Source: an uncultured archaeon (GTDB taxonomy: Archaea; Asgardarchaeota; Lokiarchaeia; Sigyniarchaeales; SOKP01). Taken from it: a DNA stretch of 26,446 nucleotides. The stretch is taken from contig CAYLZE010000070.1 in assembly GCA_964388035.1 (NCBI GenBank), positions 1 to 26,446 on the forward strand. Direction: 5' to 3'. Of this stretch, positions 1 through 8,200 are shown piece after piece (the first letter of the stretch is position 1; the number at the start of each line of letters is the position of its first letter). Below the pieces are notes generated by a model that saw nothing but the letters and a program-made list of their open reading frames with translations, was not told the DNA's origin and did not search any database. A program made the position numbers and the translations under genes.

Positions 1-1321
1 CTCCTTTAGGATTAACAATTTGCTCAAACTCCATTGTTCCCATCCTCAAGAGACGAGGTTCAAATATCACATCTAATCCTTTAACTGTTAGCATTTCCTC
101 CTTAAGTCTTTCATCAATTTTTGCTAATTCATTCCATCCCTCCGCTAGTATGTCTCCAAAGCCTTGCCGAAAAGCGATCATTTCAATTAATTTCTTTAAA
201 CTGGGAAAATCCGTGTTCCATTTTATACCCATCATTTCTTCTGTAAGGATTCCTTTTTCTTGCATCCTCGTCAAAAAATCAAGTAAAGCAGTTAGTGTTA
301 ATGAATCCAATCCGTATCTATTGATTAAGTCGAAGGCTTTTATGGCTTCATTGTAAGTGGTTAATCCATCAAGAGTAAACATCAATAAAGGATTAATAAC
401 GGAGGAGGTATAATCAATTAATCCCTCAAATTCATTTTCTTTTATCATTAAAATATCCTTATCCGCCATGGGACAAGAAGGACAAGCAAACCGGCGTTTC
501 TTCATTTTGTTTAAATAGATCCTGTCACTCACTTGTCTAGCTTTCTTTTTTTGACCCTTTAAAGTTAGTAGCATGCCAATTGGCAAACTCCTTAACATCC
601 CCAGATTTAACCAAGAATCTCTCTGAGGATAATTCTTTATTCGTTTCATTAAGTTTTCATATAGTTTATTAAATTGTGAGGGATTTGCTATACTTACTCC
701 TCTCGTTCCCTTCACTACGATTGCTTTCAAGTTTTTAGATCCGAATATCGCTCCTAATCCCCCTCTACCCAATGTACTGGTTTTATCTATCAATGTCATG
801 GAGGACTTCACCAGATTTTCTCCTGCTTGCCCTATCGAGATAACTCCGCTCGAACCATGTTCTTTTTTTAATAGATCTGTACTTTCCACGATGTCTTTTC
901 CCCATACATTTGAAGCATCATTTATTCTCACATTTTCATCAAATATCGTGATGTAACATGGTTTTTCTGCTTTTCCCGAAATGATAACATGGTCATATCC
1001 TGCTTGTTTCAGCTGAAATCCGAAGCTCATGCTCCCACAAGAATTTGCTATTGCTCCAGTTGCGGGAAACTTTGAAATCACCACGGTCCGTGAAGCCCCA
1101 GGTGTTATTGTACCTACTAAAGGGCCAGTTCCTACAATAACAATATTTTCCGGTGAGAGAGGATTAGTATTGGATTTAAATCGATCGGCAAAAAGTTTAA
1201 AATTCATTCCAATTCCACCAATAAATTGCCGAAGATCTTCTTCCTTCTCCTCCATGAAAGAAATTTTCTTTCGAGTTAAATCAATATCTATGATATTTCC
1301 TGCATAACCATTCCAATCCAT
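1..1321 (-). CDS. aor: Aldehyde:ferredoxin oxidoreductase (AOR/WOR family, tungstopterin), N-terminal 440 aa; runs off the left edge
   Basis: Not in the ORF track. Manual translation from ATG at 1321: MDWNGYAGNIIDIDLTRKKI...FIGGIG...NPLSPEN...GTGPLVGT...SKFPATG...LKQAGYDHVIISGKAEKPCY...SIGQAGENLV...GRGGLGAIFGSKNLKAIVVKG...CPSCPMAD...NRYGLD...FRQGFGDILAEG...VKGLD. These are hallmark AOR motifs. The frame is open to the window edge, and a GGAGG SD lies in the end of the upstream ferredoxin gene. Confidence 0.95.
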   Translation of the reverse strand, partial: MDWNGYAGNIIDIDLTRKKISFMEEKEEDLRQFIGGIGMNFKLFADRFKSNTNPLSPENIVIVGTGPLVGTITPGASRTVVISKFPATGAIANSCGSMSFGFQLKQAGYDHVIISGKAEKPCYITIFDENVRINDASNVWGKDIVESTDLLKKEHGSSGVISIGQAGENLVKSSMTLIDKTSTLGRGGLGAIFGSKNLKAIVVKGTRGVSIANPSQFNKLYENLMKRIKNYPQRDSWLNLGMLRSLPIGMLLTLKGQKKKARQVSDRIYLNKMKKRRFACPSCPMADKDILMIKENEFEGLIDYTSSVINPLLMFTLDGLTTYNEAIKAFDLINRYGLDSLTLTALLDFLTRMQEKGILTEEMMGIKWNTDFPSLKKLIEMIAFRQGFGDILAEGWNELAKIDERLKEEMLTVKGLDVIFEPRLLRMGTMEFEQIVNPKG

Positions 1322-1572
1322 TATTCTTTCTCCTCCTTAATTATTAGCGCACCATAAGGGCAATGTAATGCACATTGTCCACATTTAGTACAAGTATCTA
1401 AAAAATGTACATTGGGAACAAGGTCGTATTCATTTTGAATTATAATATTGGCTTTTGAGGGAATGAATTTTTTAAAAAGCATGTAAGAGCACCACAACGC
1501 ACATACGCCACATCCCGTGCATTTCTCTTTCTCAAAAATAATTTCTCTATTGCTAATTTTCAGTTCCGACAA
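1321..1572 (-). CDS. 2x[4Fe-4S] ferredoxin-type protein, partner of the AOR
   Basis: CTGCGVCALWC and CTKCGQCALHCPYGAL motifs. TTG start. The stop codon overlaps the AOR start (TAATG). Confidence 0.9.
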   Translation of the reverse strand: MSELKISNREIIFEKEKCTGCGVCALWCSYMLFKKFIPSKANIIIQNEYDLVPNVHFLDTCTKCGQCALHCPYGALIIKEEKE

Positions 1573-1910
1573 TGAAATCCATCAACAAGATAAGGATTAT
1601 TAATATATCTAAATTAAACTAACAAATAATTATACTTTTCTTTAAATTTATCTGTTCCTCTTAATTTTTAGTTTAAAAAAAACCCCATTAACTTTAAATC
1701 AAAATTTTGAAGTCATAACATAGAAATAATAAATAAAATTGTATTTTCGATCATCTTCAATGAACGTAAGATCATTCTCCTTGTATTTGAGTTAACTTTT
1801 TATTAAGCAATTTGCCTCTCTCACAAGATCATTTCCTATATATGTTGAATTGCGGGAAGAGTTATTGCATGCTTTTCGTCGGATTAGTTTGGGGCAATTT
1901 CGATAAAACA

Positions 1911-1930
1911 TTTAAATATCACGGTGATAT
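1911..1930 (+). promoter_or_regulatory. TATA-like box with an overlapping perfect 7-1-7 palindrome (candidate operator) upstream of the RHH gene
   Basis: TTTAAATA at 1911-1918 and ATATCAC-G-GTGATAT at 1916-1930. Confidence 0.5.
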
Positions 1931-1986
1931 ATATGATAATTATATAAAATTGAGATATATTACAAACGGAAAAGTGATTAAAAAGA

Positions 1987-2211
1987 ATGAAATTAATTTC
2001 CCTAAACATTCCTGAAAATTATCTGAAATTGTTAGAAGTTTTGGTAGCCGATAGGAAATTTCCAAATCGTAGTGAAGCCATCCGAATGGCAATTCGAGAT
2101 CTGATTAAAATAGAATTTCGGATAGATGAAGCAACAAAAGATTATAAAGTTTCATCCAATGAGATAGAACATGAAAAGCCGGAAGAATTATCAGAAGATA
2201 TGATAATTTAA
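1987..2211 (+). CDS. Ribbon-helix-helix (CopG/Arc/MetJ) transcription factor, CdrS-like
   Basis: N-terminal beta strand KLISLNIP followed by FPNRSEAIRMAIRDLI, the signature of the archaeal CdrS-type RHH family. Acidic C-terminal tail. Confidence 0.9.
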   Translation: MKLISLNIPENYLKLLEVLVADRKFPNRSEAIRMAIRDLIKIEFRIDEATKDYKVSSNEIEHEKPEELSEDMII

Positions 2212-2239
2212 TTGCTAAATTACTTAACTCTAAATTTTT

Positions 2240-5200
2240 TTATTCAATTTCTTTTTTTTTTAAAAGATCTAATATCCGTTTTTCTCTCATTTTTCTTCTT
2301 TCACTGACTTTTTCTATTAATTCCTTTTCACTAATTTCAACCTTGCTCTCTTTCGGTTCCACTTCTAATTGAATTTCCTTTTCCCTTCCCAACTCCTTGT
2401 TGAGCTCATTTATGATGCGAACAATTCTGTTCAAATATTTGTCTGAAAATTGAGTCTGTTTTATATTGAATAATGCTTCATTTAATTCGGAAATAGCCTT
2501 CATGGTCATATTTTTAGTTAATGAAACTTGAGCATTATCTAAGGCTTTCCATGCTGTAGTAAATGCTTCTTCTTCTGAAGTTTTATTTTTTTCTAAGGTG
2601 ATTAATGGAATTCTCGATTGTTCACTTATCTGGCTGATTTGAGTCATAATTTTTTCAACTTCTTCAGATTTCTTAGCTTTTTCTAAGCGAATCATTATAT
2701 CCTTTAGAATAATTATTCCCTTGTTAAATTGATAATTATTAAGGTAATTTTGGGCTGATTCATAATCTTGCTGTATGGTTTCATCAATTTTATCCATGAT
2801 TTGTATTTTTCTCAACTTCTTAAGCGCTTCTTCCCTGTTTTGCCTTTGTAGTTCTAATTCTTTTTCCCTTTGTTCCTTTAATTCTTGTGCTTTTCTTTGT
2901 TCTTCTTTAGAACGTTCGTTCTGAATCTTCTTACGTTTTAAATTCAATAATGATTCATTATTAATCTTAGAAACTTCTCGTGTCCATCCCAGCTTGCCGA
3001 AAATCTCTCTTGCCTGTATGTACTTCTCTTCTGCTTCTTCAAATTTGTCGTAGTCTACATATCGTGTACCTTCTTCTAAAAGAGAATAAGCCTTATTTGC
3101 CATATCTCTTTCCTCTTTTTCTTGCTTTTGCTTTTCTTCTAATTCCACTTTTGTTTTTTCCAGTTCTTCCTTTTTATTTTTTTCAAATTCGGCAATTTTC
3201 TGTTCTAAATCTTCTTGAGCTTTTTTCCTTTCTATCTGTCTTCTTTCTTCTTCTTTTTCTTGGTTTTGCCAAGCTATTTTCCGCTTTTCGATCATTTTAA
3301 GAGATTCATTAATCATGACAATACCTTCTTCCCATTCGATTTCGGTAAAGAGGTCTCCCGCATCTTGATATAAACGATGTGCTTCATCATAATTATGATT
3401 CGCAAGTTCATTTTTAGCTTGGTCTAAATACTCAAATGCTTTATTTTTCTTTTCTTCCTGTTTTTTTGTTAATTCCTTAGCTTTTAAAAGTAATTGTGTT
3501 TCTCTTTCTTTTTGCAGTTCTTCTTCTATTTTGGCAATTTGGTTCAATTCTTCTATTCTTTTTAATTCTTTTTGCTCTTGTCTTAATCTCTCATTCTCTA
3601 ATTCTCTATATTTAACGTCTGCATCTAATTTCTCCTTGTAATAATTAATCGTTTCTTGTAAGGTGGTTGCTTCTTTGGTCCATTGAATTTCTTGTAATAA
3701 TTCACGAGCTTTATCATATAAGTCTATTATATTATCAAAGAGTTGTTGAACTTTATTTAATTGGATATTTGTGTCAAGATTATATTCTTTGGCCAAATCC
3801 TCTGCTTTATTGATGTATTCATAAGCTTCTCGAGCTTTAACGCTTTCTTTTTGCTTTTCAATTTTCTCTCTTTTCTTTTGTTCTCTTTCTTGTTGTTTGC
3901 GTTTCTGTTCTTCATTATATTCTAATGTTAATTCTTTCTGTCTTTCTAATAATTCTTTTTCCATTTCCTTGCGATACTTTTCTTCTTCTTCCAAAGCCCT
4001 TATTTCAGCTTCTTTTTTCTCTTGAATCCCTAAAATTAAATTTTCAATAGTTAATGCTTCATGTTCTTTTCCTATTTTTTTATATATCTCCACAATTTGT
4101 TGATAATTGGTTATTGTTGCTTTATAATTACGTTTATTAAAGAAATCAGTCGCTTGTTCCATTAATTCATGTACTTTGTTAAGTTCTTTTTCCTTGCTTT
4201 TTTGTTCAAGTTCTAATTGTCTAAGAGCTTCCTCATCTTTTTTCTTTTGAGTGTATAGTTCAATCGCTTCAAGAAGTTTTCTCTCTTCTTCCTTCCAATT
4301 AATGCTTTTCAACTTTTCGGCTGCTTTTTGATATAAAGATATAACTGTATCATAAATTAATTCAGGACTTTCTCCCTTAGTTACTTTTATGTTGTAATCC
4401 TCGACCAACATTTCTGCTTGATTAACTAAGGAAAAAGCTTCCTTTGAGATTGCTCTCTCTTTTTGGACTTTTTGCTGAATTTCTAACTCTTGTTTTCTTT
4501 TCTTCTCCATTTGCTCCTTTAATTCAAGTTTTGCGGCATCAATTTTTGAATCATATTTTTCCTTTTCTCTCTGCTTTTGAAGCTCTTCCATTTTCTTTCT
4601 TTTTAAATTCAATAATTTTTCCTCATTGATCCGGTTTAATTCTCTAATTGATGCATCGATTTTTTCCATTTCCAAAGGTCTATTAATAGATTGAAAGATT
4701 TCTTTCGCGTTTTCATATAATTTCAGAGCTTCATTATATTCTTGAACACCAACCAAAGAGATAGCTTTTTCCATCAACTGATACGCCTCAGAGGCGGCTT
4801 CACCTTCCATCTTTAACCGGGATTCATTTTCTCGTATTTGCATGTCTTCCAATAATTTATCCTGATAATGAATAATCGAACCTTTTAATTTCAATTTTTC
4901 CTCATTCCATCCGATATCCTCCAATATTTCAGCTGCTTCTTGATATAACCTTACTACTTCTGGATATGCACATTCAGGGCGCTTCCCTTCATTAAATGCA
5001 ATTTCATAAGATTGTGCCATTTTTTCGGCTTGATTTACCAATGAGAGTGCTTTTTCAGACTTTTCCTTTTCTTCTCGTGCTCTCTCCTTCACGGACAAAA
5101 ATTGTTCCTTTTTTTTCTTTAAATCTTCTTGAAGTCTAAGACGATCTAATTTAACCTTTTTTTCCATTCTCTGTTGTTCTAAAAGTTCTAATTCTTTCCT

Positions 5201-8200
5201 CTTTTTTTCGGCTTCAAGTTTCTTTTGATCATTTCGTTGTTCTTCTTGCAATTCCATTATAGAGATTAAAATCTTCTCAATTTCTAATTCTCTATTTATT
5301 GATTCAAATAGCGCTAATGCTTTTTTATAAATCATGATCGACTCATCGTAGCTTTTCATGTTTGCACGGGATATTGCCTTTTCCATTAAGTTGTACCCTT
5401 CGGCTAAAATTTCTCCCTCCTTCTTCTTGGTTAATTCATGTTCTCTTAACCTTTCATCTTGTTCAAGTTTCCCCTTGTAGTATTGAATAGCATTTTCGAT
5501 TCTGGATGCTTCTTCCTTCCAATCTATATTCCTTAATAGCTGAAGTGCTTCTTCATGCATCCTAATGACTTCAGGATAAATGCTTTCGGGGTGTTTTCCT
5601 TCTTTTATTGCTACTTCATAACTCTCTGCAATATTTTCAGCTTGAGATATTAGCGATAAAGCATTTTTTGAAATCTCCTTCTTTTCTTGCTCTTTTTTGG
5701 TCAATTCTAATAATTCGCTATTTTTTTTGGTCATTTCTTTTTGAAATTCAATTCTAGACGCCCTTGCCCTATCTTCCATTTCTTTAAGGTCTTTTTGCTC
5801 TTTTTCTCTTTTCTCTCTTAAAGATTCAAGTTTTATGTAAAATAATTCTTTTTCTCTCTCTACTTCATTAATAGAAATATTAATCTTTTCTATTTCTAGA
5901 GTTCTATTAATATTCTCAAATAAATCCTTAGCTTCATTATAATAAGAGATGGCTTGATCAAAATCTTTCATGTTAACTGATGTTATTGCTTTATCCATTA
6001 ATTCAAACGCTTTAGAAGAAATTTCTGCCTCCTTTTTTATCAAATCTTCTTTTTCTCTTAATAATTTCTCTCGTTCCAATTTATTTTGGTAAAATGTAAT
6101 GGAATTTTGCATTTTTTTTGCTTCCTCCATCCAATCAATGGATGTAAAAAGCTCAATGGCCTTTTGATACTTTTCTATTATAGTTGGATAAACAGATTCA
6201 GGTCGCTTTCCTTGTCTCATGGCTTCCTCATATGTATTTGCCAAGGTTTCTGCCTCCTTAATGAGAAAAATTGCTTGATTCGAAACCTTTTTCTTTTCCT
6301 GTTCTTTTTTTTGTATTTTTAATACCTGTTCGTTTTTCTTAGATATTTCTTCTTGAATTTGCATTCTTAAGGTTTTAGCTTCCTCTTCTAACTTCTGCAA
6401 TTCCAATTTTTCTTGTTCTTTTTCTTTTTTAATTTGTTCAATCCTTTCTAAATAGTTTTTATGCTCTTTTTCTACTTCTTCCAAAGATAAATTTATTTTC
6501 TCTATCTCTAAATCATGATTAATTTGTGCAAAAATTTCTCTCGCTTGTTTATAGAAGGCAATAGATTCCTCAAATCTTTTCATCTTATACGATGTCACCG
6601 CTTTATCCATAAGCTGATAAGCTTGATCCGTTAAATCTCTCTCTTGTTCAGAAGTTTTTATGAAAGTTCTTAATCTTCTATCTTGATCGATTTTTTCTTG
6701 ATAATATGTGACTGCTTCTTTTAATCTCTCTACTTCTTCCATTTGATTAATCATTTCAAAATTTTTGATTGCTTCCTTATAGAAATCGATGACTTCGTCA
6801 TATACACTATCTACAAGTTTGCCATTTTTTATTTGCTCTTCATAATTTCGAGCTATTTTTTCTGCTCTATTAATCATTTTTATAGCATTTTCATAAATCT
6901 CTTGCTGCTTTTTATCTTCTTCTTGAGTTTTTAAAAATTCTTTCTGTTTCTCTTCTAATGATTTTTGCATTTTTAAATTTTGAAGCTTAGCTTCCGCCTC
7001 AAATGATTTTAATTCCTCTTCTTTTTCTTGGATTCTCTCTTTTTCTTCAATCAGTGCTTTTTCATAATTATCTTTTATTTCTCCCAATTCTGCAATCGAC
7101 TGGGTTACCTTTTGAATTTCTAAATCACTATTTATTTCTTGAAATAATTCTTTTGCCTTTTCATAGAGTTTTAGTGATTCTTCAAAATTTTTCTTTTTCA
7201 TCATGCTAACAGCTTGATCCATGTATCTATAGCCCTCCTTTTGAATTTGAGCTTCTTTAAGAGTTAAATGCTCTAATTCTCTATACTTTCTATCATTTTC
7301 TAACTTCTCTTCATAATAATTAATAGATTCTTGTAATTTTTGAGCTTCTTTATTCCATTGAATAGATATCATTTTAGAGGCAGCTTCTTGATATAAATGA
7401 ATTACTTGTTCATAAGGACAAATTTCAGGTCGATATCCTCTCTTGAAATTTTCTTCATAGGATTTGGCAATCTCTTCTGCTTGATTTATTAGGGATAGGG
7501 CTTTCTCGGAGGTAATTTTATCTTTTTCTTCTTTCTCTTTTAATTTAAAGAATTGCTGCTGTTTTTCTTCCAATTCTTTTTTAAGCGTTTTTCTCTCAAG
7601 TATTGCCCTTGATTCCAATAACTTTTGTTCATTTATCAGTTCTTGCCGTTTTCTCTCAACTTCTTCTGCTTTTTTCAGGTATCCTTCCCTTTCTAATTTG
7701 AGTTCTGAAATAGATTGTTTAATTTTTTCGACTTCAAGATCCCTATTTATTTTCTCAAATAGTGTTTTCGCCCTTTCATAGAACTTTAATGATTCTTCAA
7801 AATTCTTCGCCCTCAGTAAACCATATGCTTGGCCCATGTAATCATAGGCTTGTTTTTCAATCACTTTTTCTTCTTTTTTGAAAAGCTCAACATCTCTAAA
7901 TCTTTCATCTTCTTCGCATTTTCCTTTATAATATACAATAGAATCTTTTAATCTGATGACTTCATCTTCCCATCCAATGGTTCTTAATTTACTCAAGGCA
8001 GCTTCATATAATTCTATCGCTTGATAATATGCACACTCTGGTCTCTTTCCCTTTTTTAACTCCATTTCATAATCACTTACTATTTCTTCGGCCCGATTAA
8101 CGAGGGATAAAGCCTCACTAGAAATGGATTTTTCTCTCTCCTCCTTTTCCTTAAGTTGTAAGAATTTCTGCTGTTTTTCTTGCAATTCTTTCTGAAGATT

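Noticed and set aside
150-1307. Plus-strand ORFs 150..356 and 1029..1307
   Set aside because: They are antisense shadows of the AOR gene, which is open on the minus strand with strong family motifs.
1812-2015. 67-aa ORF overlapping the RHH start
   Set aside because: TTG start, no motif, and it spans the TATA/palindrome promoter of the RHH gene.
2252-2261. Homopolymer runs as phase-variation or frameshift sites
   Set aside because: A/T runs are ubiquitous in this AT-rich, Lys-rich sequence, and all frames are intact.
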